Below, piece by piece: positions 43,374-53,868 of a DNA stretch of 64,000 nucleotides. The position numbers and the translations under genes were made by a program. Under the pieces are notes generated by a model. That model ran no database searches. It saw only the letters and a program-made list of their open reading frames with translations, and had not been told where the DNA came from. This stretch comes from a virus. The stretch lies in the IMG/VR virus record IMGVR_UViG_3300025012_000003; one strand, written 5' to 3'. Positions within the stretch are counted from its first letter, which is position 1. The number at the start of each line of letters is the position of its first letter.

Positions 43374-44887
43374 TATTCTTCACCCTCTTTGTGTATAAAA
43401 TTAGTAATAGAATATTTAACAGCAGATAATGTTTCATCTGCAAAATATTCTTCATCAAAACCATCCCAACCATATCTAGGTTCCCATATTTTTATTAGAT
43501 ATCCTTTGTTCTTAGACATTGTATAGTAAGGTAAAAATCCTTCATCTTGAATACTACTAAAATCATCTGCATAATCTACAGTGTCTTTTATATCTTCCAT
43601 ATTAAAATTAACTATAAAGTTATCATTTTCCCTAATTATGTCAGGAAAAGTATCTTTAAGAGTATTCATAATGGTATCGTAGGCTTCCGATTCTGTACCT
43701 GATGTTTTAGCATTTCTAGCACTACTACTTATCTCATCCAACATTTCTTCTATATCGTCGAACCCCGATTTTTCTTTGAGTTCTTCTAATTTATCTTCGT
43801 CTCTACCATCTTCGAAATAATCTACTATGTCATTAAACGATAAATGAATTTTATATAAATACTCATCTATGTCTGAGCGTTTACTATTTTTCATATTTTT
43901 TAATTCATATCCGATACTACCATTGTCTATATCCACATCTAGGAAAAAGTCATTATCCCCAGAAAGTATTGCATAAGCTGAATCGGGACTAACATAATCC
44001 CCTCTATTCCCTTCAGTAACAGTATCATTTAAGAAACTGTCTATATTTCTTTCATATTTTATATTTTTAGTTTCTGGGTCATACGTTAATCCATCATCTA
44101 TTTTCTCTAAAAATTTTATTATCTCTTCGTCAGTATGTTCTCCTATTAGAAAGAAAAATTGAGGAGTGCTTTCTAATATACTAGGATTATTTTTAGCTAA
44201 TTTTAAGAAATACTCCATAAGAGAAGGACGTTCCTCCAAAAATTCTATCATATTAATTTGACGGTCATTCTTATCCATGAATTGTTGAGATTCGAAATGA
44301 AACTGATATTTTTCGGTAGGGTCTTCTTTATTTATAATTATAAATAAATCCCCATCTTCAGTATAACTATCGTAGTAGCTACGAGTATTGCTAGTAGCTG
44401 TGCACCAAGAAGTCCCCGCTCCTAATTTACAAGAAGCTTCGTAGGAAGTAGGAGTCCATATCTGCCATTTATCATCCTCAAATAAAAGTTTAGCATCTTT
44501 CATACCCTGCTTTTTTAACTCTCTCTGCTGTTGTCTGGCTGATAGTTCAGTATCTTCCCCAGATATTTGTTGTAGAGCATTGTACAAATCAGGAAGAGAT
44601 TTGAATTGAAATATATCTTTATTAGTAAATTTCTTTTTATTTTCTTCGAAAGAGTTTAAGTACTCAGTAACTTTATAGAAATCTTCTTCCTTTAAGTTTC
44701 CTTTATTGTATATAGAAAGAATCCACCTACCGTAGTTACCTAGATTCTCATTACCTTTGTAGGTAGGGTCTAGGGCTATAAGCTTTCTAATCATATCTTC
44801 CTCTATATTAGGAAAATATTTTTTAATCTCCGCAATACCTTCATATATTAATTTATCAACCAACTTTGTAATCTTATTAAAGTTCAT
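43373..44887 (-). CDS. Large acidic phage protein with N-terminal motif; paralog of 53869..55464
   Basis: Shared DPTYKG, KEEDFYKVTEYL, YEASCxLG.GT.WCTA, KYQFHFESQQFMDKND. Confidence 0.7.
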   Translation of the reverse strand: MNFNKITKLVDKLIYEGIAEIKKYFPNIEEDMIRKLIALDPTYKGNENLGNYGRWILSIYNKGNLKEEDFYKVTEYLNSFEENKKKFTNKDIFQFKSLPDLYNALQQISGEDTELSARQQQRELKKQGMKDAKLLFEDDKWQIWTPTSYEASCKLGAGTSWCTATSNTRSYYDSYTEDGDLFIIINKEDPTEKYQFHFESQQFMDKNDRQINMIEFLEERPSLMEYFLKLAKNNPSILESTPQFFFLIGEHTDEEIIKFLEKIDDGLTYDPETKNIKYERNIDSFLNDTVTEGNRGDYVSPDSAYAILSGDNDFFLDVDIDNGSIGYELKNMKNSKRSDIDEYLYKIHLSFNDIVDYFEDGRDEDKLEELKEKSGFDDIEEMLDEISSSARNAKTSGTESEAYDTIMNTLKDTFPDIIRENDNFIVNFNMEDIKDTVDYADDFSSIQDEGFLPYYTMSKNKGYLIKIWEPRYGWDGFDEEYFADETLSAVKYSITNFIHKEGEE

Positions 44888-45341
44888 ATAACATACCCAT
44901 CAAACATTTATCCTATTTATAATTTAAAAGAAATGTAGTAGAATTGTTTAAAAACTACTACATTTTATTTATTAAGTTTACAGTTACTATTTATGGGTTA
45001 TTGTAGCTATCCTTAAGCCCCCATCGGTGGTAAGTCTCACATCATATACTTCAGGGTCTCCTCCTTTTTTGAGGTAATCTTCTATATAGTCATTAACTTT
45101 TTTTTCCAATACGTCTAACTGTAGACTAGTTTGAAAAAATTTTACTTTCATGCTCTTTCTCCTTTTATAACTTTTATGAGATGTTCCACGAAATCGTATG
45201 TGTCCTGATAGAAGTCCAATGTTACTACGGGAATAAGAATACCATCATCTCCTTTAGCATCCGTTGTTTTGGACAACACTTTCATTTCTTTACTTTCATC
45301 ATCAATCTCAATGATGTAACATGAATCTTCGTAATATTTCA

Positions 45342-45983
45342 TTAAGGTAAGTTTCCTCCAGTTATTAATTGTCCAGAACAAGCCCATCCTGTCTTATCTT
45401 TCTGACAATCATTTGTGTATCCTTTTAAATATATAGGATAAGCATCGTTGGGAGAATCAACTCTATTAGCAACAATACCTGTAGAAGTAATCCAGAAATA
45501 GAATACATCTTCTCCAGCGACACTTTTACCTTTAACTCCGTCTACATTTACTAGTATATCTCCGCATATATTATTCATGTGTTGTTGAGCATAATCACAA
45601 TTAGGAAATATCATTCTTGGCATTATAACGATTCCGTTAGCCAGAGCATACTTCTCATTATTAAATGTTTCTGGGAACATGCTACCGTCTTGTAAGGATA
45701 CATTTCTTAATCCAAGACTGTTATCATTACCCGAAGCAGTTTTTAAAACTACTAAATATTTTTTTAAAAAATCACTATTTAAATTTTTAAGAGTTCCTCC
45801 ATTATCGTTAGAAGCCATTTGTCCCGCATTACTTAATACACTGGCTATTACTTGTACTTGACTTCTTCTTTTAATATCTCTTATCTTTGTAACAGTTGTA
45901 GGGATTGTCAGAGCACATATAACTCCGATGATAACTAACACTAGCAGAGTCTCTGCAAAAGTAAAACCATTTCTTCTTTTCAT
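45342..45983 (-). CDS. Type IV pilin-like protein
   Basis: Class III signal peptide G-FTFAE plus hydrophobic helix; C-terminal Cys pairs; AAGGAG ribosome-binding site. Confidence 0.85.
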   Translation of the reverse strand: MKRRNGFTFAETLLVLVIIGVICALTIPTTVTKIRDIKRRSQVQVIASVLSNAGQMASNDNGGTLKNLNSDFLKKYLVVLKTASGNDNSLGLRNVSLQDGSMFPETFNNEKYALANGIVIMPRMIFPNCDYAQQHMNNICGDILVNVDGVKGKSVAGEDVFYFWITSTGIVANRVDSPNDAYPIYLKGYTNDCQKDKTGWACSGQLITGGNLP

Positions 45984-46011
45984 TTTAATCTCCTTTTATT
46001 TAACCTTACCT

Positions 46012-46050
46012 AATTAGTATAGCAAAGAAAAAGGACTTTTTCAAGTCCTA
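46012..46050 (-). promoter_or_regulatory. 39 bp terminator/promoter cassette, copy 1
   Basis: AGGACT-TGAAAA-AGTCCT-TTTTCTTT; TTGAAA-17-TATACT; identical to 50137..50175. Confidence 0.75.
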
Positions 46051-46079
46051 AGTTACATAAGGTTAAGCTATTGTTACAA

Positions 46080-46361
46080 TTAAATTAATTCTATTAGTTT
46101 ATTAAATCTATAGACAAATATTAAATCTTTTGGATTTTCTACCCCTTCAAAATCTGAATTATCTTTAAATATATTTTTAATTTCAGATATTTGATTCTTA
46201 CTGGGTATTCCTTCTATAGAGTAACTTATAGTTACTTCATAGTTTTCTTCTTCGGCATTCTCTAAATTAATGCCCCGCTCTTTTAACTTGTCTCTTAACT
46301 CTTCGATGTATATCTTTAAGTACCCATCTTCGAGTATCTTCTTTAATTTCTTATATGACAT
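46080..46361 (-). CDS. Hypothetical protein with N-terminal motif (MSYKKLKKILE)
   Basis: ORF track. Confidence 0.6.
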   Translation of the reverse strand: MSYKKLKKILEDGYLKIYIEELRDKLKERGINLENAEEENYEVTISYSIEGIPSKNQISEIKNIFKDNSDFEGVENPKDLIFVYRFNKLIELI

Positions 46362-46370
46362 GGTTCCTCC

Positions 46371-46919
46371 CTATTTTTTGAAAACGCTTACGTCATCATC
46401 CTTACCAGTTTTAAATGAGTTTTCTGTTCTTGTGGATGTTACTATAGTTACATCTATTTCATCCCTTCCAATAATTTTAAGGAATAATCCACTTGGGAAT
46501 TGTCTTAAGAGTTGCTTATGCTGTCTATTCAAGTCAAGAAGTTCTTTCTGTCTCATTGTAAAAGAGTCTCTTGAAGATGTTATAATATTCTGCAAATTTT
46601 GAAATGTTTTAGTATCTACATTAGGAACTGACTCCTGAACCCAGTTCATAATAGCCTGACCAGAATCTTTGCCTTTTCTGGCATCTGCATAACCAACTAT
46701 TATCTCTTTAAGAGCATCTTTTTGACCTTGTGTTACTTCAGCCACTTGACTAATTTTCTTAAACATATTGTCATATTCGCTGGCATTGTCTTCTTGTTTG
46801 GTTTCAATAGCTGTCCTAAGAGTTACCTCTTGGTTGGAATAATTTACGAACATACTTCCGACAAAGAACACCGCCACTATAACTATTGTAATAATACCTA
46901 ATAAAATTCTAACTAACAT
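46371..46919 (-). CDS. Membrane-anchored hypothetical protein
   Basis: Single N-terminal TM helix followed by a helical soluble domain. Confidence 0.7.
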   Translation of the reverse strand: MLVRILLGIITIVIVAVFFVGSMFVNYSNQEVTLRTAIETKQEDNASEYDNMFKKISQVAEVTQGQKDALKEIIVGYADARKGKDSGQAIMNWVQESVPNVDTKTFQNLQNIITSSRDSFTMRQKELLDLNRQHKQLLRQFPSGLFLKIIGRDEIDVTIVTSTRTENSFKTGKDDDVSVFKK

Positions 46920-47395
46920 AATTTCTCCTTCTTTTATTTCTTCTTATACTATAACATAATTAAATTTATTTTTAAAGTGTTTGTTAAGAAATATTAATCC
47001 AAATAAGTTTCATGTCCTTTTTGGATAGCCCTATTTGTCCTTTCATTATTTAAATAGACTAATCCACATCCAGAACAAACCATCCAAGGGATACATTTTA
47101 ATTTTCTGGGTTTATGGGGTTCCCATTTTATTTTAGGTTGTTCCTTCATTAATCCTTACCTGTATAAAAGTATAACGATGTTTCTATAGTAAAAGGTATC
47201 TCTAAATTAAATAAAAACATATCACAACACTTACATCCATTTACATATCTAAACCAAAAATCATCTACTGATATGGGTATGAGATACAATTTAAATTGAG
47301 CTTCCCTGAAGGGGATACTAATAGAAAACCCAAATAAACAATACTTAAATAAATATATTCTTAAAAAATCAAATATTTCCAGTTCAAACATCTTG

Positions 47396-50118
47396 TTACT
47401 CCGTTAGTTCTATCAAAGACCTTATTACTTCTATAGATATATCTCTATATTCTTCTGTATTTTTAGGGTTAAAACAATCAGCTACCAAATTTAATACTTT
47501 ATTAAATTTTGAATAGGATTTCTCTCGTGTGTTGTCTATCATGTCTACAGGAATAAATAGTTTAGCAGAAGATTTAAAAGTAAATTCTATGCCAATCCAC
47601 TCACTTTCTGAGTTTTCACTAAATTTACTTATCTTGATAACATATCCAGCTACTTCTTTAGTATCTATTATTCCGTTCCCTATTATATTTATTATCACAG
47701 CACAAGTTCTCTCATCATAGTGTATGTTGTTTTGACTCCTTTACATCTTAAGTATATTTCAAACTTATCATTTATATTAGTTGTAGAGTCATACCTATAT
47801 TTTATAAATCCTACTCCAACACCATAAATAACACTAGAAGTGTGTTGAAGGAATAAAGGTACGTTATTATTTTTCAATACTACTAACACTTTAGAAGCAG
47901 GTTTATTAGCTTGTAGTGTCTTCATCAATTCTCTAGTATCTTTTCCATACTCTATAAGAGTCTTATCTACTCTAGGAATATGTTCTCTAAATAAAACCAT
48001 ATCGAAAGAACTGTTGGCTTCATAGGATATATCTGAATTTTCCACATAAGGATTTATGTAGGTAATAACATTACCCTCCCATATAGCTTCTTCTACCTTT
48101 AAAAATCCTATTAAAGAATCTAATTCTAATCTAAAATTCATCCAATTAGCTCCCACATTGTTAGTCGAGTAGTTAATTCCTCTTCGTTATCAAACTGAAT
48201 GTAAGTAGGATTAATTTTCTTACTTAAATGTATATCGGGTAACATTTTTTGAATCCATTTGTCTTTTTCATTTCTTATAATGACACAATAATCTTTATTA
48301 ACAAATAAGTAAAATTTAGTTTTATCAAACATTAAATCGAAAACACTCATGATACAAGTTCTCTCATAGCTACCAGTTTAATCATGAACTCCCCGTAGCT
48401 TTTAATGTCTTTAAATATTTTTAACTTGCATCCATCTTTTATGTTACTGTTTATAAAATGCTCTGCATCCCAATTATTCATAGTGTTTACTAATTCACAG
48501 TTATGGTCGTAAGCCACGTAACACAGAGAAGTAACATTTTTAATAACATAATATGAATCGTCGTCATATACTACATAAAAATAATTTGGGTTTATATCTT
48601 TTATTTTCCTACTCATATAATCTCCTAATAAAATAGAGTTGTTACCAACTCTGGGGGAAAAAGGGAAAGGGGTTTATTATTTTATTAACTCTTTTATTAC
48701 TCTTTCGTTAGTTATACAATCTTGGTTATGATATCTCTTGCTACTGTACCACATACCCGTTTTTTCTTTAATATTTATACAACTGTTTCCTTTGTCTATC
48801 CATTTTTTACACCCATCACAAACAAAAGATTTTCTACTCTTTTTTACATAAATTACTTGTCTAGCACTCGTATCCATTAAAGTTTTTCTCCGCATAATAT
48901 ACAATGATGATTCATTTGACAAGTGTAGCAAATATTGGTAAATCTTGTTTTGAACTTCTTTTTACAAACTTTGCATTTTACTTCTATGGCTTCTTCCCTC
49001 TTCAAATCTTTCTTTTCGCATTTGTTACACTTCATCTTTATCAAACTTTCTTTTGTTGTACTATAAATATACCACAATTAATTAATTTTTACAAGTATTT
49101 GTAAACTTATTGTTACATTATTCTACTAGTTCTTGCATTGTTTTTCTAATTATATTAAGTTTCTTCATGGTATTATTAGCTTTTCTCTGGAGTCTCGCCC
49201 TATTATACCCAATAAAAGAGATATGTGTTTTATTTTTATCTTTTTTATCCCTCACATACTCTTCCATCTCTCTAATTTTACAAGTAGGAACAAGTCTGGG
49301 GAAATCTTCATCTGTTTTTATTTCTATTCCACTATGGCTTTCTGTAGCTTCCACGGTACATTTAACTCCTACGGAGTACTCTTTGTATTCATCAAGGGTG
49401 AAATATTCAACATAAGCCCTAGATTCTATTTCTTGTTCCATAAATTTATGATTATATTCATCTCTCAATCTATTAGCTTCATAACAAGAAGTAAATATGC
49501 CTACTAATTCGGTAGTTCTGGTAGAGAAACAACCTCCATTATACTTAAGGGAACCATAGTGAACCCACATATTATCAACATCTTCATGAATTAAATATAA
49601 AGTATAAACAACATTATCCATTATTCTACTAGCTCCTGCATTGTTTCATAGTGGGGGAAAGCATCTAAAAATATTTCAGAATGCCATATAATCATACTCA
49701 CTAATTGTTCATATTCTATTTTATTCATGAATTCTTCTTTAGCTTCTTCTAGCATTTCTGCCTTATGTAATGCTCTTGACATTACAGGAGTTAAATTAGA
49801 CTCTGTTTCAAAAACCTTATCAGGAAGTAACTTAAAATTCTTAAAAACATCTTGAGCTATTAGATTAGCCGTGGCTTTAGTAGCTTCTCTTGAAGTAGCC
49901 AGTTTCATTTGTGGATACCCTCCCACAAACCTTGTTCTCATCCTAACTTCAGTATCCCACACACTACGCATAGCCATATCAATAGCCATAACATACTCTG
50001 AAGAATTAGTGGTTTTAACTATAGGTTTAGGAAATTTAATATTATTTTTACCATATAAGTTATTATTGTGAACGTGCCCTAATTTATTTAAGTGCATTCC
50101 AAAAGGCTTTTTACCCAT
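47396..50118 (-). other. Cluster of small CDS, seven tagged (LIELTE, MRELVL, MWELIG, MRELVS, IKELIK, MQELVE twice)
   Basis: ORFs 47396, 47695, 48138, 48347, 48677, 49118, 49621. Confidence 0.75.
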
Positions 50119-50136
50119 ATATTATTTCCTTTCTAA

Positions 50137-50175
50137 AATTAGTATAGCAAAGAAAAAGGACTTTTTCAAGTCCTA
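50137..50175 (-). promoter_or_regulatory. 39 bp terminator/promoter cassette, copy 2
   Basis: Identical to 46012..46050. Confidence 0.75.
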
Positions 50176-50515
50176 GGTCATGAGTATTAAATTATTGTTA
50201 CAAATTATCCTTTAAATCTTTTTTCTTCTTTTAATTCATGTATCATATCATATTTAAGCATTATATCTTTCCATTCTTCATTACCCTCAAACATTTCACA
50301 TCCTATACCATGTCTTCCAGATAGCATAAAACTCTCTGTTTCATTGTATGTAAAAGAACATACATAACAATAGGAAGTAGAAATGGATTTTCCGTTGTGC
50401 CACGGGTGCCCGCACACGAGTCTGTGGTGGATACATTGACAACAACAGCCTATACAGGGCATACCCGTTGAAGGTTCGTAGGTATAGTGAGGAAATTTAT
50501 CTATATTATACTTTT

Positions 50516-50863
50516 TTATACCCATAATCGTAATCTCGCCAAAGATTTAGGGAGAGTAGTCTCTTCTATCGGATAAATTACTATACCTGTAAGAGTTCTT
50601 CCTTCGAATTCAGTAAATCCCTCGTCTATTATATCATGATAAGGGATATTATTATCTTCTAAAGTCTTTCTAAGGTTGTTTAATTTCTCTAAAGAAGAAA
50701 TTTTTAATAAAATCTTTCTTCTATAAGATTCTTGTACCCATTTAGCATGGTTATCTTTAGCTCCAGACCAAATAAAATCTACTCCGTGTCCTACCTGAAT
50801 ACTCATTTTAGCAGGAGACATATTTAAGTCTTCTCTTAATAAAAAATATGCTTTAACGACCAT
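50516..50863 (-). CDS. Peptidyl-tRNA hydrolase, Pth2 family
   Basis: LREDLNMSPAKMSIQVGHG, KILLK, IDEGFTE..GRTLTGI. Confidence 0.8.
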   Translation of the reverse strand: MVVKAYFLLREDLNMSPAKMSIQVGHGVDFIWSGAKDNHAKWVQESYRRKILLKISSLEKLNNLRKTLEDNNIPYHDIIDEGFTEFEGRTLTGIVIYPIEETTLPKSLARLRLWV

Positions 50864-50964
50864 ATAATACTCCTAAAGACATTGTTTTAATAAGTCTTCT
50901 CTGCTCGGGAGTTATCTCTGCCATAGGTATTTTATAATACTCACAAGCCATTCTTTTATAAACA

Positions 50965-52101
50965 TCATATTTTGGTGGGATTTCGTAAGTTTTCTTCATA
51001 TTTTATCCTATACTGGTTATCTAATTGACCTACATATTCATGAGAATAGCACAGTCTTCTTGTGTCTAATTTCATGTGGTGCCATAAATCTTTTTTACTT
51101 TGTTTTTGTGATTTCTCTCTACTTTTTAAATTAGTGGAAGTTGGTCTCCATAAGTTACTATTTTGTCTATACTCTCCCATTCTGATATGGGCTGTTTTAG
51201 AAAAATATCTATAACCTTGATTTAAAAACATCTCTCCGATGCTGTCAGAAAATCTAGTTCCAATACCCATTCCTTGATAGTCGGGTAAAACTACTAATCT
51301 ACTTTCTCTAAATTTATTTCTATCGTCCCCTTCGTACAGAGGAGGAATTCTACTGGGAAGAGACAAATTTCCAGAAAATACTATTTCCTGATTTCCCCAT
51401 AATCCTACATAACATCTAGCTGCTTTATTCATATCATTATTCAGATAATGATGTTTTGAGAACAAGTTCCAAGTTTTATAATCTGTTTCGTATATGTCGA
51501 TTTTAATTTGAGGTCTGCATCGAAGTAACCTCCGTTCGGTTAATTGTCCAGAATCGGTATCAAAAATCCAATCTGGGTCTAACCATTCCACTATATCTCT
51601 ATGACAACTTGATATAGTTATATTCTTTAAATTATTCTTTCTTATATATTTAGATATCGCAACAGAGCAAGCTTTGGCTACATTTCTATCCACCACAGAA
51701 GTAAATTCATCTATGATAGCATTATCTCTAAGAGCCATAGCTAATTCCGCTCTAAATTTTTCACCATTGGATAAGACATAATAGGGTTTAGTCCAAGAGG
51801 GTATAGTATTTAAACCCACCGCTGATAGTTTATCTATAGCTTCTTCTGGGCTATTGAAATGACTTGCAATACATTTATCATAATCCCACACACTATGAAG
51901 TTCTTTCCCGAATTCTCTAAGAAGCGTAGTTTTACCACTACCTGAAGAACCTACTATCAAACCAATGTTGTAGTTGCTATCAGAAAGTATGGGTTTTTCC
52001 CAACAATTAAATATACTAACTCCACTGAATTCATAATCAAAACATTTAGATATTTTTTCAGTGTATTCATCAGTTTTAACAGTACATTTAACTTGTCTCA
52101 C
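50965..52101 (-). CDS. ABC-type ATPase fused to GNAT acetyltransferase
   Basis: GSSGSGKTT, LSNGEKFR, IIDEFTSVVDR; RLVVLPDYQGMGIG. Confidence 0.85.
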   Translation of the reverse strand: MRQVKCTVKTDEYTEKISKCFDYEFSGVSIFNCWEKPILSDSNYNIGLIVGSSGSGKTTLLREFGKELHSVWDYDKCIASHFNSPEEAIDKLSAVGLNTIPSWTKPYYVLSNGEKFRAELAMALRDNAIIDEFTSVVDRNVAKACSVAISKYIRKNNLKNITISSCHRDIVEWLDPDWIFDTDSGQLTERRLLRCRPQIKIDIYETDYKTWNLFSKHHYLNNDMNKAARCYVGLWGNQEIVFSGNLSLPSRIPPLYEGDDRNKFRESRLVVLPDYQGMGIGTRFSDSIGEMFLNQGYRYFSKTAHIRMGEYRQNSNLWRPTSTNLKSREKSQKQSKKDLWHHMKLDTRRLCYSHEYVGQLDNQYRIKYEENLRNPTKI

Positions 52102-52463
52102 TGACTAACCTCTCTCATCAAATTCCTCTGTCATCTCTTCATAGAATTCACAATCTTCAACAGATTCCAATATTTCTTCACAAAATTGTTTTCTTTTGGA
52201 GCAAAAGAATTCTAAGTTAAAAGCATACCCTCCATCATTGGTATCTCCCTCTCCTAGGGTTTTTAATCCCGAATGATTACAATTAGAACAATTCTTTTCT
52301 TCTAAACAATCCCTATTTCCACACATAACTATATTCCTTTTTAAAAACATTATATCACGGTATTTATAAAATGTCAAGCAATAAAAAAGTAGTTAAGTCT
52401 GTAGGGCAAACAGCTACATTTTTAACTACTATAAGAGAAAAGGCAAAAAATGTGTATACTTTT

Positions 52464-52491
52464 ATTATAGCACTATTTAATTATTTGTCAA
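52464..52491 (-). promoter_or_regulatory. Sigma70-type promoter
   Basis: TTGACA-16 nt-TATAAT. Confidence 0.65.
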
Positions 52492-52500
52492 GATGTCAAT

Positions 52501-53169
52501 TTAAAATTCGTAAATATCCCCAGTAACTTCTCTTATTGTAACTTCGAACATCGTAGAATTTTCTGGGGACTCTTCTACTTCCAAAGAGTATTTACCATGT
52601 CTTAGATAATCAGACAATGCTTCTATAAGGTCATCCTTACTTATTCTTTCATTGTTATTGTCTGAAAGTTTATGCCACACTTTATATACATTGGGTAATA
52701 TTCTACTGTATATCAAGTCGTTATCCTTGTCATATTTATCTTTTATTATAACTTTATAGATTCTGTCTTTTACTTCATTAAGTTTTGTTATAGCTCTGTT
52801 AATTCTTATTCTTTCTAAAGTCTCTGAATCTTTCTGACCATTTCCCATATTAGATTCTGGGTCTATAAGAGTTATATCATATCCTTTAGTTGTTTTACTT
52901 ATCCTTACATCGTGGTCATCTTGAGATTGTTTTACAGTATTCAACATATCTTCATTACTTAATTCCGATTCAAAATCAGGTTCATTTCTCTTATATAGAC
53001 TTTTAGCTACATGGAAAGTATCTTTGTCTAATCTCGTATAAACAAAATCAGTATCTCCGCTAGTATTCAGATAGAATACATTTTGTACTTCGGGAAATAC
53101 ATAATCTAATCCTTTTAGAGGAACGTCCGACTTTACATAATCAAGTAATTCTAATATTCTTTTTAACAT
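52501..53169 (-). CDS. Hypothetical acidic protein with N-terminal motif (MLKRILELLD)
   Basis: ORF track; internal twofold repeat (D.DFVYTRL / DNDLIYSRI). Confidence 0.6.
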   Translation of the reverse strand: MLKRILELLDYVKSDVPLKGLDYVFPEVQNVFYLNTSGDTDFVYTRLDKDTFHVAKSLYKRNEPDFESELSNEDMLNTVKQSQDDHDVRISKTTKGYDITLIDPESNMGNGQKDSETLERIRINRAITKLNEVKDRIYKVIIKDKYDKDNDLIYSRILPNVYKVWHKLSDNNNERISKDDLIEALSDYLRHGKYSLEVEESPENSTMFEVTIREVTGDIYEF

Positions 53170-53813
53170 AATTTATCCACCACATTTCCGATACATTCTA
53201 CTAATTGTATAAATCTCATAAAATCTATATTCGCACTCTCTTTACATTTTATTCTAGTTATATCATCCCCAAATTTTATTATAGATAAATCCAATTCTGA
53301 TAGTTTATTAATCAAATCTTGGTCGTCCGTATGTTCCATTATTCTGGGAATGAATTCTGTTCTTATCTCTTTTATGTCTTCTTTTATGTCGTTATGGTAT
53401 TCTATAAAAATATCTCTATGTTTCATATCTTCTTGAGAATCCAAGTAGTTTAATTCTTTTACAAGATTTTCTATGATTCCTGATATTTCTTTTCTGTTCT
53501 TCTTTTTATACATCAAATTCTTAACGATGTCAACAAAATTAAATTTCATTGATATTTTAACTAAGAGCTTTATTAAATGTTCATTAAGAATACTATAGTG
53601 AATATGTCTAACTTTCTCCCACTGTTTATTATTTTGTCTTTTCATGAATTTATCTATAATGAATAAACCTATAACCAACTCAAAACAAAATTGACCCCAA
53701 CCCGCTATCAGGTTTGGAGCGAAATTCTGCCAACCAAAACTAAGTCCGTAGATTGTTAAACCTATCCCAACGGCTAAGAAAATTATGGTGTAAAGTATAA
53801 GTTCGATATTCAT
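53163..53813 (-). CDS. Hypothetical membrane protein
   Basis: Two N-terminal hydrophobic helices. Confidence 0.65.
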   Translation of the reverse strand: MNIELILYTIIFLAVGIGLTIYGLSFGWQNFAPNLIAGWGQFCFELVIGLFIIDKFMKRQNNKQWEKVRHIHYSILNEHLIKLLVKISMKFNFVDIVKNLMYKKKNRKEISGIIENLVKELNYLDSQEDMKHRDIFIEYHNDIKEDIKEIRTEFIPRIMEHTDDQDLINKLSELDLSIIKFGDDITRIKCKESANIDFMRFIQLVECIGNVVDKLC

Positions 53814-53868
53814 AATCTTACCTAATAGTTCTTCTCACTTAAAATATAAAAGAAATACAGTTAGGGGA

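Noticed and set aside
49621-50118. TANLIAQDVF resembling a T4-like major capsid motif
   Set aside because: Only about 8 residues in a 165 aa tagged protein, with no other capsid features.
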